Below are positions 12,201-22,100 of a stretch of 64,000 nucleotides of DNA, one piece after another. The position numbers were made by a program, and so were the translations under genes. The notes below the pieces were generated by a model that searched no databases, was not told the DNA's origin, and saw only the letters and a list, made by a program, of their open reading frames with translations. Origin of the DNA: a virus; IMG/VR virus record IMGVR_UViG_3300032236_001232, positions 64,001-128,000 of that record. One strand, given 5' to 3'. Each line of letters begins with the position of its first letter. The first letter of the stretch is position 1.

Positions 12201-14756
12201 TGTATTGGCCGCACTTTGATATGCAATTTGTCCCTGCGAACCAGCTAACACATTAGCGGCAAATCCAACTTGTTGTGTGCTAGTGTTACCTGCATTTAGA
12301 ATGTTAGCTACGGCGGCATTACCTACGTAGATACTTCCTGTACTGGTATATGTAGGAGCACTGGTTCCGGCACTGACTAAAATCTGACCTGTTGTTCCTG
12401 GTCCAACAAATCCTGTTACACCCGGACTGCTTTGATATGTTAACTGACCAGCTGTGCCACCACGCAATGTTTCGGCATTGACTGCGCTATTAACATAGAT
12501 ACTGCCTGTGCTAGTATATGTAGGAGCACTGGCACCGGCACTGACTAACAGTTGTCCTGCTGTTCCTGGCCCGACAAATCCAGTTGTGTCTGTTGCACTT
12601 TGATAAACTATTTGTCCTGCTGTTCCGCCGACAATATTATTGGCCTTTGAGGCTGTTCCTGAGAACGCACCAATAAATGTCGTAGCTGTTACGGTACCGC
12701 CTACAACCAATCCTCCGCCGATACCAACACCACCGGCTACTCTAAGAGCACCAGTTTGTGTATTAAGAACTCCTTCTGTGCTTTTTAGAAATACTCTACC
12801 AGTTTGGAATGTACCATAGGTTGCAGTGTTAAAGGTACCGCCTGTTCCTTCAGCACCAGTTTCGTACCATTCTAGATATTTGCTGTCATTAGCTAGCACT
12901 AGTGCAGCATTGTTGTCTGCCCCCGCATAATAATGGAAACGGAATCCAATATCCTTACCATCATCAACTGACCACTGTCCGTATACTCCGGTAGGAGGAA
13001 CGTGCATTTCGATAATGTTGTCTGTATAGTATGTGTTAGTACTAAGGTTATAAGTTGCTGTACCGTTAAATGTAACAGTTCCACGGAATGTTGTATCACC
13101 ACCGACTACTAAGGTTTTATCAACCCAAGCACCGCCTGCTACATATAATGAGTTGCTAGTATTTGTACCTGTATCAGCACTAGTGCTACCAGCAATTAAA
13201 GAACCTGCAGTTTTTAATCCAGCGCTGAAATAGCTATCACCTGTTACACCAAGTCCGCCACTGGTAATTGTAACGCTTTGATTTGCTACACCGGTTGCAC
13301 TGGCTGTACCACCACTAAATGTGCTGGTGCTTTGCCATACTAGTGTATTGCCCGTTCCATAAACTAAATGTTGCTGAGCCGCTCCGCCTGCTAAGAAAGT
13401 AGTAACTCCTGCTGCACTTTGATATGGTAAACTTCCAGCGCTGCCTCCACGCAATGTTTCAGCGTTAACAGCACTATTAACATAGATACTGCCAGTAGTA
13501 GTAAATGCCGGAGCAGAACCTGCACCTTGACTAACCAACAACCAACCAGCAGTTCCTTGTGCTAAGAAAGCAGTGGTGTTGGCAGCACTTTGATATACCA
13601 ATGCGCCGTTTCCTGCTCCATTGCCCAGTAAATTAGCAGCATAACCAACTTGTTGTGTACTGGTGTTACCTGGATTAAGGATGTTGGCAATAGCAGCATT
13701 GCCAACATACATACTGGCAGTGCTAGTAAAGCTAGGAGCGCCATTTGTAGTAGCTTGTAGGAATTGTCCAGTTGTTCCGCTGTTTGCAAAAGCTGTTGCT
13801 CCTGCAGCAGTTTGATAATGAATTTGTCCCTGTGAACCGCCTGCTAAATTAACAGCAGTTGTCATTAGGGTAGATGTTGTTAGTGTAACTGTGGCTACAT
13901 TAGCAGAAACACTGGCGCTAAGACCTGTGCTAAAGTTAATAGTACCAGCATTACCTTGGCCAACTCCAAGACTTTGAATAGCTAATGCACTAGCGGTGCT
14001 AACAGCATATGGTCCAACGAATAAATTAGTAGCAGTGATCACTCCGCCGACATACATTCCACCGCCTACGCCAACACCACCAGCTACCTGTAATGCGCCA
14101 GTATTTGTGCTAGTAACACCAATTGTAGAACTAATATTGGTAGTAGTAAATGTACCAGTATTGGCTGTGATTCTGCCAACTCCGAGAATATCACCACCGC
14201 CCATATCAATATCGCCGCCCGAAGAACCAGCAATAGTTAATGTTCCGCCAATGTATAGGTCTTTACCAACGGCTAATCCGCCAGCTACTTGCAATGCTCC
14301 GGTAACTGTCGATGTAGCATTAGTTACACCAGGAACAATAATATTAGTAGCAGTAAATGTAGTACCGTCAAATGTTAATCCACTGTTAAACGTAGTGATA
14401 CCTACTGCGCTTTGATAAGGAATCTGGTTCTTTAAACCACCTGCTATATTGGTAGCAGTATTGGCAGTAGCAGCCGATACGTTGCCACCAAGTGTACCAT
14501 TAAATGTACCATATATTGCTGTTGCTGTTAAAGCACCACCAATATACATTCCGCCGCCGACTCCAACTCCGCCTATGACTTGTAAGGCTCCTGTTGTGGT
14601 ATTAGCAACTCCTGTATTGTTGGTAATGCTGAGATAAGTTGTAGATGTAACTTGTCCAGCAACTCTGGTCCATGCGGTAGTTGAAGTGCTGTAGGAGTAG
14701 GTTATTCCATTAACTACTGCGGTTTGTCCATTTGCGGGCGACGTTGGAAATGACAT
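9213..14756 (-). CDS. Long repetitive fibre/appendage protein (1847 aa)
   Basis: G/A/S/T-rich; repeated TGAL(Q/V)VxGGxG and GQxxYQ(S/T)A modules; N-terminus nearly identical to that of 7947..9152. Confidence 0.8.
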   Translation of the reverse strand: MSFPTSPANGQTAVVNGITYSYSTSTTAWTRVAGQVTSTTYLSITNNTGVANTTTGALQVIGGVGVGGGMYIGGALTATAIYGTFNGTLGGNVSAATANTATNIAGGLKNQIPYQSAVGITTFNSGLTFDGTTFTATNIIVPGVTNATSTVTGALQVAGGLAVGKDLYIGGTLTIAGSSGGDIDMGGGDILGVGRITANTGTFTTTNISSTIGVTSTNTGALQVAGGVGVGGGMYVGGVITATNLFVGPYAVSTASALAIQSLGVGQGNAGTINFSTGLSASVSANVATVTLTTSTLMTTAVNLAGGSQGQIHYQTAAGATAFANSGTTGQFLQATTNGAPSFTSTASMYVGNAAIANILNPGNTSTQQVGYAANLLGNGAGNGALVYQSAANTTAFLAQGTAGWLLVSQGAGSAPAFTTTGSIYVNSAVNAETLRGGSAGSLPYQSAAGVTTFLAGGAAQQHLVYGTGNTLVWQSTSTFSGGTASATGVANQSVTITSGGLGVTGDSYFSAGLKTAGSLIAGSTSADTGTNTSNSLYVAGGAWVDKTLVVGGDTTFRGTVTFNGTATYNLSTNTYYTDNIIEMHVPPTGVYGQWSVDDGKDIGFRFHYYAGADNNAALVLANDSKYLEWYETGAEGTGGTFNTATYGTFQTGRVFLKSTEGVLNTQTGALRVAGGVGIGGGLVVGGTVTATTFIGAFSGTASKANNIVGGTAGQIVYQSATDTTGFVGPGTAGQLLVSAGASAPTYTSTGSIYVNSAVNAETLRGGTAGQLTYQSSPGVTGFVGPGTTGQILVSAGTSAPTYTSTGSIYVGNAAVANILNAGNTSTQQVGFAANVLAGSQGQIAYQSAANTTAFVNSGTTGQFLQATTNGAPAFTSTGSMYVNSAVYAEEIRGGTAGQLLYQSAPSTTDYVGPGTAGQILVSGGAAIPVYTSTGSIYVNSAVNSNNIIGGAKDQIPYQSAAGATTFGSGLTFNGTTFTATNIVVPGTTNATSTVTGALQVAGGIGVGGNVISSGYGKFTGAYDEVASTTTVALYLGVAGSTPASPRIGFANSGTTWQIDNYNGNFRWYTPFGTKMQIDINGNLSVYSNTSTNSTTTGALVVTGGVGVGGGMYVGGVVTATNFFVGPYAVSTASALAIQSLGVGQGNAGTINFSTGLSASVSSNVATVTLTTSTLMTTAVNLAGGSANQFAYQTAAGATAFASTASMYVGNAVNSQNLLGGTTGQFAYQSAANTTAFVSTGSMYVNGAVSAQNLFGGTTGQFAYQTAAGATAFASTGSMYVGNAAVANILNPGNTSTQQVGFAKNLLGNGAGNGALVYQSAPDTTAFLAQGTAGWLLVSQGAGSAPAFTTTGSIYVNSAVNANNIIGGATNQIPYQSAAGATTFGSGLTYNGTTLATGNVSVTGNTNASSTTTGAFQVVGGAGIGGNLFVGGSAYLAGDLYVDGTSFTVNSNSIATGDKTLTLSTGSGSAALAAGSGLQIGTTSTPYASWLYDGSAYWVSAGSNAGGIKVSATTGVTSTNTGALVVVGGAGFGGNLFVGGVVTATSFVGALAGTAALATTATNLAGGTANQFAYQTAPGTTAFASTASMYVGNAVNSQNLLGGTTGQFAYQSAANTTAFVSTGSMYVNGAVSAQNLFGGTTGQFAYQTAAGATAFVSTSSMYVDSSVKSNNIIGGSAGSLPYQTGASTTAFLAGGTAQQHLVYGTGNAPVWQSTSTFSGGTASSSTVASQSVNITGGGLGVTGASYFSTDVGMGGELNVAGHIVGGGVRSSSTSTVPANATVGDIWYNTSNDTMYRYTNDGTTSYWVDINGPAIANGSAAYMTLAAFKAVVAASSSFLDFQSRVAAL

Positions 14757-14797
14757 AATATTTGTTCCTTAGTGTTGGTTTTGTATAGCGTTAGCTA

Positions 14798-14805
14798 TAT
14801 TTATA
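14798..14805 (-). promoter_or_regulatory. T4-type late promoter
   Basis: Exact TATAAATA upstream of the ATG at 14756. Confidence 0.75.
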
Positions 14806-14821
14806 ATTTTGTTTAGGTATT

Positions 14822-17800
14822 TCATTCCGATTGATACCCTTTCTTTAACATTTCGATTTCTTGTTTAAGTTCTTTAATAGCCTCTATAAGCAGTGGCACT
14901 ATTTTTTCATACTGAATAGTTTGATAGTTTTCTCCAGATTTACTTCCACCTGCTCCGTCATCGTCGAACGGTGCTGGACGAACTGCTTCGGGCAATACTG
15001 CTTTAACCTCATCTGCAAATAGTCCTACTAATTTTTTATTTTTATCATATCCAAATGATTCTGCTAAGTCGTTTGGCGTATATGTAATACCATTCAATGA
15101 AAGAACTTTAACCACAGCATTATCGATTATTTGAACATTTTCTTTTAGTCTACGGTCTGAATAGTATGCTGTGACTTCATTAGTAGCACGAATTTCACCA
15201 CCTGTGCCGCTCGGAACCGTTCCTACTCCAAGGCTGAGAATTTGTGCTCCGCTATCACTAGTAGTAGTTCTTGCAATTCCATTAGTGCGAACTTCAAAAG
15301 TTCTTCCAGTGCCACCAGGGTTGTCAATATATCCACCCAGACCCGAAGCATTACTCCATATTTGAACAGCACTTGCTCCTGCTTGTATTAATTTTAGAAA
15401 GGCTCCGGACCCGCCCGAAGAATTAACTGTAACACCTCCACTTCCGTTCGGGGAGTCATTAACAAATAATGTGTTTGCAGTTGTACTATAGGAAAGATTG
15501 CCACTTAATGCTGTTGCATTTTGTCCTGTAATAGTAACACCGACTGGATAAAAAGTATAAGCAGAGGTATTGGTAGCATTAATAACATTGCTTGGTCCAG
15601 AAGCACCGCTAGGTCCTTGCGGTCCTTGAGCTCCAGTATTACCAGTTGGTCCTTGCGGACCTTGTGCTCCAGTATTACCTTGGACTCCTTGTGGTCCTTG
15701 TGGTCCTTGAGCGCCAGTATTGCCTTGCGGTCCTTGTGGTCCTTGTGCGCCAGTATTACCAGTTGGTCCTTGTGGACCTTGAGCACCAGTATTGCCTTGC
15801 GGTCCTTGTGGTCCTTGTGCGCCAGTATTACCAGTTGGTCCTTGTGGTCCTTGTGCGCCAGTATTACCAGTTGGTCCTTGTGGACCAGTTACTCCCTGTG
15901 GTCCCTGTGGTCCCTGGGCACCAGTATTGCCTTGCGGTCCTTGCGGTCCTTGAGCACCAGTGTTACCAGTCGGTCCTTGTGGACCGGTGACTCCTTGTGG
16001 TCCTTGAGCGCCAGTATTGCCTGTTGGTCCCTGTGGTCCTTGAGCGCCAGTATTGCCTGTTGGTCCCTGTGGACCGGTGACTCCTTGTGGGCCTTGAGCA
16101 CCGGTGTTGCCAGTCGGTCCTTGTGGACCTTGTGCGCCAGTATTACCAGTCGGTCCTTGCGGTCCTTGAGCACCTGTGTTACCAGTTACTCCCTGTGGTC
16201 CTTGTGCGCCAGTATTGCCAGTTGGTCCCTGTGGTCCCTGTGCTCCGGTATTACCAGTAGGCCCTTGCGGCCCTGTAACTCCTTGTGGGCCTTGTGCGCC
16301 AGTATTACCTTGCGGTCCAGTTGGACCAGTCGGTCCTACTGCACTAACTAATTGTCCATTGGTATAGATATTACCTGCATATATAGATCCGCCAATACCG
16401 ACTCCGCCTGCAACAATCAATGCCCCAGTTGTAGTAGAACTTGCGGCTGTATTATTAGTTGTTTGTATAACATCGTCAGTTTTAACTAACGTAGTAGTAA
16501 CAGTTGTATATTCTATAGTCAGCTTCTGAGCAACAATTTCTCCGCCAACATATAAATTTCCACCAACGCCAACTCCGCCTATTACTTGTAAGGCTCCTGT
16601 AGAGGTACTACTTGACGAAGTATTATTGCTAACTGATATTGCAGCAAATGTTACTGAGCTGGTAGTATATAGATCTTGATTTGTTCTACTAGGTCCTTGT
16701 GGCCCTGCGACTCCTTGCGGTCCTTGTGGTCCTGCGACTCCTTGCGGTCCTTGAGGTCCTTGTGCTCCGGTGTTACCTGTAACACCTTGCGGTCCTTGAG
16801 CACCAGTGTTACCTGTAACACCTTGCGGTCCTTGTGCGCCAGTATTACCAGTTGGTCCTTGTGGACCTTGAGCACCGGTATTGCCTTGAGGACCTTGTGG
16901 TCCAGTAACTCCTTGAGGTCCTTGTGCGCCAGTATTACCAGTCGGTCCTTGTGGTCCTTGTGCTCCAGTGTTACCCGTAACTCCTTGAGGTCCTTGTGCG
17001 CCAGTATTACCAGTTGGTCCTTGTGGTCCTTGGGCACCTGTATTGCCTTGTGGTCCCTGTGGACCGGTAACTCCTTGCGGCCCTTGAGCACCAGTATCTC
17101 CGGTCGGTCCTTGTGGACCTTGAGCACCGGTATTACCAGTTACACCTTGCGGTCCTTGTGGTCCCTGTGCTCCAGTATTACCAGTCGGCCCTTGTGGCCC
17201 AGTAACTCCTTGAGGTCCTTGTGCGCCAGTATTGCCTTGCGGTCCTTGTGGGCCTTGTGCTCCAGTATTACCAGTTACACCTTGCGGTCCCTGAGCACCA
17301 GTATTACCAGTAACTCCTTGTGGTCCTTGTGGTCCTTGAGCACCAGTATTACCAGTCGGTCCTTGTGGACCTGTAACTCCTTGTGGTCCTTGAGCACCGG
17401 TATCGCCTGTAACTCCTTGTGGGCCTTGTGCGCCAGTATTACCAGTTGGTCCTTGTGGGCCTTGTGCTCCAGTATTACCTGTCGGTCCTTGTGGTCCTGT
17501 AACTCCTTGTGGTCCTTGAGCACCGGTATCGCCTGTTGGTCCTTGTGGGCCAGCCGACCCTGCTGCTCCAATTAATTGTCCATTAGTGTAGATATTGCCA
17601 GCATATAAAGATCCGCCGATTCCTACACCCCCAATAACTTGTAGGGCTCCAGTTATTGTTGAACTAGCTTCAGCATTCCCTGTTACTAATAAATTCTCAG
17701 ATGAAACTTGATGATTCGTTGAATTGTATGTTAATACGGTATCCGCATCTAAAGGACTATAAGTTCCATCCTTAGTTTCGGTTAATGCTACATAATATGT

Positions 17801-19039
17801 ATTGCCTGGTTGAACGTTATTAACTAGAATATTGTCAGAATTGCTAGCACCACCTGCTGTTATTCCTGCTAGCATATCTGCTGTAAAGTTAACTACAGCA
17901 GGCCCGGTCATATCTATCCAATAGATTTCGCCGCTGCCATCATCAGTATATCTATATACAGCATCGTTTGTAGTGTTGTACCAAACATCGCCTACTGTGG
18001 GATTAATCGGTGCATTAGCAGCAGTTGTAGTCCTTACACCGCCACCTATAATTCTACCGCCTACATTTAAATTTCCGCTAATACCTACACCGCCTTCAAC
18101 TAGAACGGCTCCAGTATTTGTTCCTGTAGATTCTATGCCGCCGGTAACTTTAAGTCCCGGACCAGGTCCTGTATTGGCTAATATTGTAGATACCCCAACA
18201 GTTCCTGTGCTAGGACCACCCGGTGTAAGACTAAGTTGGAAGCGTGTAGGACTTAATACAGCAGGAACGTAATATGTTGTTCCAGAAACTAATCCAAGTC
18301 CCGATGTTTGAGGAACTACAACCTCGCCGCCGCTAAAAGCGTGAACGCTATCTGTTAAAAAGCTAACGCCATTAAAACTTAATATAGTTACAGTGGCACT
18401 GGATCCGTTAATGCTGACACTACCACCTACACTAACGTTGTTAGTTATTCTTGCACTACCTGTTAGTATACCACCGCTAATGGATAGTTTAGCAACAGAA
18501 AGTGTTTGACTGCCGGCGTCGTATGTTAATGACGAATCAGCATCCAAAGGACTATAATTTCCATCCTTGAGCTCACTTAATGTCACATAGTAACTAGTAG
18601 TAGAAAAAGTATCTACATTGTTGATTTGAACATTGTCGGCATTAATACTACCGCCGACTGGTCCGGAAATGTTATTCCCGCCTATGGTACCAAATATTGT
18701 ACCACCTACATATACATCGCCGCCAATACCTACTCCGCCTGCTACTGTCAATGCACCAGTATCGGTACTGGTACTGCTAGAAGTATTGAGTATTATAATC
18801 GAATAGGTAGTAGTATTACCCGAGTGTGTAACAGTTTGAAGGGTGGAAGTTGTTAGAACAGCACCGCCTCTGGTATATACTGTCCCACCTACCCAAAGAT
18901 CTTTAACAACAGATGCTCCACCAGCAACGTGAAGCGCACCAGACGAGGTGTCGATAGAATTAGTTGTTGATTCAACTGTGGCAGTTGTTGAGACCACCAG
19001 ACCATTTTTGACTACAAAGTCAATATTATTCAGAGCCAT
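14822..19039 (-). CDS. Collagen-like fibre protein with C-terminal S74 chaperone
   Basis: Two long Gly-X-Y tracts; C-terminal [11 protein letters not shown]...[15 protein letters not shown]. Confidence 0.9.
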   Translation of the reverse strand: MALNNIDFVVKNGLVVSTTATVESTTNSIDTSSGALHVAGGASVVKDLWVGGTVYTRGGAVLTTSTLQTVTHSGNTTTYSIIILNTSSSTSTDTGALTVAGGVGIGGDVYVGGTIFGTIGGNNISGPVGGSINADNVQINNVDTFSTTSYYVTLSELKDGNYSPLDADSSLTYDAGSQTLSVAKLSISGGILTGSARITNNVSVGGSVSINGSSATVTILSFNGVSFLTDSVHAFSGGEVVVPQTSGLGLVSGTTYYVPAVLSPTRFQLSLTPGGPSTGTVGVSTILANTGPGPGLKVTGGIESTGTNTGAVLVEGGVGISGNLNVGGRIIGGGVRTTTAANAPINPTVGDVWYNTTNDAVYRYTDDGSGEIYWIDMTGPAVVNFTADMLAGITAGGASNSDNILVNNVQPGNTYYVALTETKDGTYSPLDADTVLTYNSTNHQVSSENLLVTGNAEASSTITGALQVIGGVGIGGSLYAGNIYTNGQLIGAAGSAGPQGPTGDTGAQGPQGVTGPQGPTGNTGAQGPQGPTGNTGAQGPQGVTGDTGAQGPQGVTGPQGPTGNTGAQGPQGPQGVTGNTGAQGPQGVTGNTGAQGPQGPQGNTGAQGPQGVTGPQGPTGNTGAQGPQGPQGVTGNTGAQGPQGPTGDTGAQGPQGVTGPQGPQGNTGAQGPQGPTGNTGAQGPQGVTGNTGAQGPQGPTGNTGAQGPQGVTGPQGPQGNTGAQGPQGPTGNTGAQGPQGVTGNTGAQGPQGVTGNTGAQGPQGPQGVAGPQGPQGVAGPQGPSRTNQDLYTTSSVTFAAISVSNNTSSSSTSTGALQVIGGVGVGGNLYVGGEIVAQKLTIEYTTVTTTLVKTDDVIQTTNNTAASSTTTGALIVAGGVGIGGSIYAGNIYTNGQLVSAVGPTGPTGPQGNTGAQGPQGVTGPQGPTGNTGAQGPQGPTGNTGAQGPQGVTGNTGAQGPQGPTGNTGAQGPQGPTGNTGAQGPQGVTGPQGPTGNTGAQGPQGPTGNTGAQGPQGVTGPQGPTGNTGAQGPQGPQGNTGAQGPQGPQGVTGPQGPTGNTGAQGPQGPTGNTGAQGPQGPQGNTGAQGPQGPTGNTGAQGPQGPQGNTGAQGPQGPQGVQGNTGAQGPQGPTGNTGAQGPQGPSGASGPSNVINATNTSAYTFYPVGVTITGQNATALSGNLSYSTTANTLFVNDSPNGSGGVTVNSSGGSGAFLKLIQAGASAVQIWSNASGLGGYIDNPGGTGRTFEVRTNGIARTTTSDSGAQILSLGVGTVPSGTGGEIRATNEVTAYYSDRRLKENVQIIDNAVVKVLSLNGITYTPNDLAESFGYDKNKKLVGLFADEVKAVLPEAVRPAPFDDDGAGGSKSGENYQTIQYEKIVPLLIEAIKELKQEIEMLKKGYQSE
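15590..16340 (-). repeat. Collagen Gly-X-Y tract 2 (~80 triplets)
   Basis: [15 protein letters not shown] triplets; 9/36-nt periodicity. Confidence 0.95.
16690..17560 (-). repeat. Collagen Gly-X-Y tract 1 (~95 triplets)
   Basis: Same triplet vocabulary. Confidence 0.95.
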
Positions 19040-19081
19040 TAGCTTCCCTCTCCACTATAACGGCTTAGGTTATATAAAGAG

Positions 19082-19089
19082 TATTTATA
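19082..19089 (-). promoter_or_regulatory. T4-type late promoter
   Basis: Exact TATAAATA just past a terminator and upstream of the ATG at 19039. Confidence 0.8.
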
Positions 19090-19116
19090 CGTTTGGGATA
19101 AAGTATAGTATAAAGC

Positions 19117-19142
19117 AAAACAGGACCTTGCGGTCCTGTTTT
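19117..19142 (-). terminator. Rho-independent terminator
   Basis: Minus strand AAAACAGGACC-GCAA-GGTCCTG-TTTT after the stop at 19160. Confidence 0.85.
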
Positions 19143-19159
19143 TGCCTAGCTATGCTATA

Positions 19160-22100
19160 TTAACAATAGTTTTCAATACTGGTTATGATACTTTGACGAA
19201 CCACTTGAATATTCATACTACTTGTAGAATAGTTAGGAGTAAATGTTATTTCAACATTTCCACTAACGATACTACCGCTAAATGTCCCAAGCTCGCCTAG
19301 AGTAGTTATAATACCGTACTCACTCATATAAACATTGGTACCATCTTGGATGACCATGATTTCTTGAGTGTGTATCTTACCACCGTTGTCAGTAAGTTGA
19401 ACCATGTATTTGGCACTGGTATAAGTACCGCTATCCCAGCTGTCAATAACCTCTGTCCAGCTTCCGTTAAGTCCGGTATAGCTTCCACCACTCTGCATGC
19501 TGTTGACAATGAACACACCGTCGATTGGCTTGCCGTCTGGGCTTTCACCACCAACATCACCGCCGTTGTTCATACCAGCGTAGAGCACACCGCCTACTGC
19601 AACATCGCCTAGTGCTTTAATAGCACCACGGACTCCTAACGATTGACTTGTTTGATCAAGATCCTTACCGTACACATCGACACTGTTATCGGTACTAGTA
19701 ATAGTTAACGATGTAGCAGTAAAGGTACCGGTAATATCGACATTATTAAGTGTCGCAGTACCAGTCGATATGATGTCCATAAACTGACTGCTTGTGCTGG
19801 ACAGTTTCTTTCCACCTAAGTAGATATCATTGGCAATGTAAACACTGCCGTTAAATGTAGCAGTTGTTCCAACATACAAGTCTTTCTGTATGCTAGCACC
19901 ACCTTGTGTGTTAAAAGAAACATAGTCGGCAGTATTAGCTAGGCTAGGATTATCATTGTTAATCCAAACCATTCTACCAAAGTAAGCACCACCGTTTGGT
20001 ATGTTCAACGCTGCGTCAGGATAACCATACCCACCTTCTGTACCATCGACTAGTAAAGTAGCAGTTTCAACAAATGTCGCTGTTACATTGTTAGCAAAGA
20101 TTGTACCAGTTGAATGAACATCAGCAAATGTACCTGTGCTACCAGTAATCTGGTCAACACCATCTAGGCTATTACCCTGGACATACAGCGTGCCTTGAAC
20201 ATACAAGTCTGCGTTAATATAAGCATTTTGATCAACATATAAACCACCAGCAATACTTGCTCCACCAACTACTTGTAGGGCACCTGTTGCTGTTGTATTG
20301 GTTGAACTAGCTGCTGTTCCTTTAATAATGACACTGTTATTAACTGTTAGTGTGTTATTAAATGTTGTAGTACGAGTTAGCTCTTTAGTAGCCGAGTTAT
20401 AAACTACTAGAGTTGTAGCTGTACTATCATCACGCAGGGAATCTACATAGAACTTACCAGTGTCGTCGTAAACTTTAGTACCGTTTGGCAATGCTAGTTT
20501 ACCATCGATGCCATAAACCCACTCATTGCCAGCTTCACTGGTTTTGATTAGAACCTGTGACTGAGCATCAAGCACCAAGTCTCTAGCACCGCCGCCAAGA
20601 GCAACACTGTTCTCTTCACGTAGATTTGCAGTGCTATCAAACTCAACCCGACCAGTAGTTGATGTGAATACCAAGTTGCCACCGACACCCACCGACAATC
20701 CAACATTAACACCACCGTTTGGTACATCTAGTGCTGCGGTTACTGGACCATCATTATAGTTAGCATTGGAATCAATGTAGATAGCTTTCTTAGAATAGAT
20801 ACCACCGTTTGGAATCATCAACGCTGCATCGTTTGCATAACTGTAACCACCTTCTGTACCATCAATAGTGATAGTATTAGCACCAGTGATATTACCACCA
20901 GTCATAGTGATGTCGCCGCCGGTTCCGCCAGTGACTTCAAGCGCACCGCTAACTGATAGTGTAGCGCTACCACTGTTGTAGGTTAAACCGCTGTCGTCGA
21001 CTAGGTTAAGATCGTTATCAGTGAATACAACACGACCACTGGTTAAGTTTTGTGGACGAACATATGGTGCCTGGAAGTATTTGCTGCCACCATCATTGAA
21101 CACCAAGTTACCACTAGTGTTTAGTGTTAAGGTGATACCATCTGCTTCCATGTGTGCGCCGGCGGTGTTTACCCAAATAAAAGCATCGTTGTTATAGTTT
21201 AGTTGAGCATAGTAATCACTATATAATTCAATGCTTTGACCACTATCGGCAGCCAATACATTATCAGCCTCACCATCTTTACCAGTGCTATCGTTGGTAT
21301 AAAGGTTAACGGTATTAACTTTGAAAGAATAGTTATCACCATCATACTGTAGATAGCTGGTTGCTGTGGTTATATCATTGTCTTTCTGATACAAGACACT
21401 CCACTGTGGACCAACAACGTTGGTTGCTGTAGTAGCACGACCGACTGAAGTTCCCGAAGCACTTTGCCAAGTAGCTGTAGTACCACCGTTATCCCAAGTT
21501 AAAACTTGATGATCAGCTGTTCCAGCAGGAATAAATGTTGTCTCACCGCTGGCTGTTTGAATTGGAATCTGTCCATTCAAACCACGATTTAAGTTATCTG
21601 CTTTTGTAGCAGTACCATATAACTTGTTATGTGTACCTGTTTCGTCTTGTAGATAGATATCACCAGCAATGCCAACACCACCAGCAATAATCAGTGCGCC
21701 AGTTCCGGTATTAGATGATGGAGTAGTATTAACCAGTTCAATAGCACCAGTCTTAAATGTGCCATATGTTGTGCCAGTAAATACACCACCTGCTGTTTCA
21801 GTTCCGTCACTATACCACTCTAAATAACTGCTGTCGTTAGCAAACCCTAAGAATGCGTTTTTGTCAGCACCTTTGTAGTAGTGGAAAATAAAACCAATGT
21901 CTTTACCATCATCTGTACCCCAGGCGTGATTGTTTAAATCACCACCGTTTGGTGTGTGCATGTTGATGATATTGTCTGTATAGACTGTGTTGGTAGAATA
22001 TACATAAGTTGCTGTACCATTAAATGTTACACTGCCACGGAATGTTGTATCCCCAGCAACAACTAGTGTCTTGTCAACCCAAGCACCGCCGTCAACGTAG

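Noticed and set aside
2201-14637. Many 60-150 aa antisense ORFs within the fibre genes
   Set aside because: Expected shadows of G/A/T/V-rich coding sequence.
15590-17560. 36-nt periodic repeats resembling a CRISPR array
   Set aside because: They are in-frame coding repeats with third-position variation and no unique spacers; no cas genes are present.
15505-17575. Long alternative-frame and antisense ORFs (276, 299 and 158 aa) over the collagen tracts
   Set aside because: Shadows of the Gly-X-Y codon periodicity, with no independent coding evidence.
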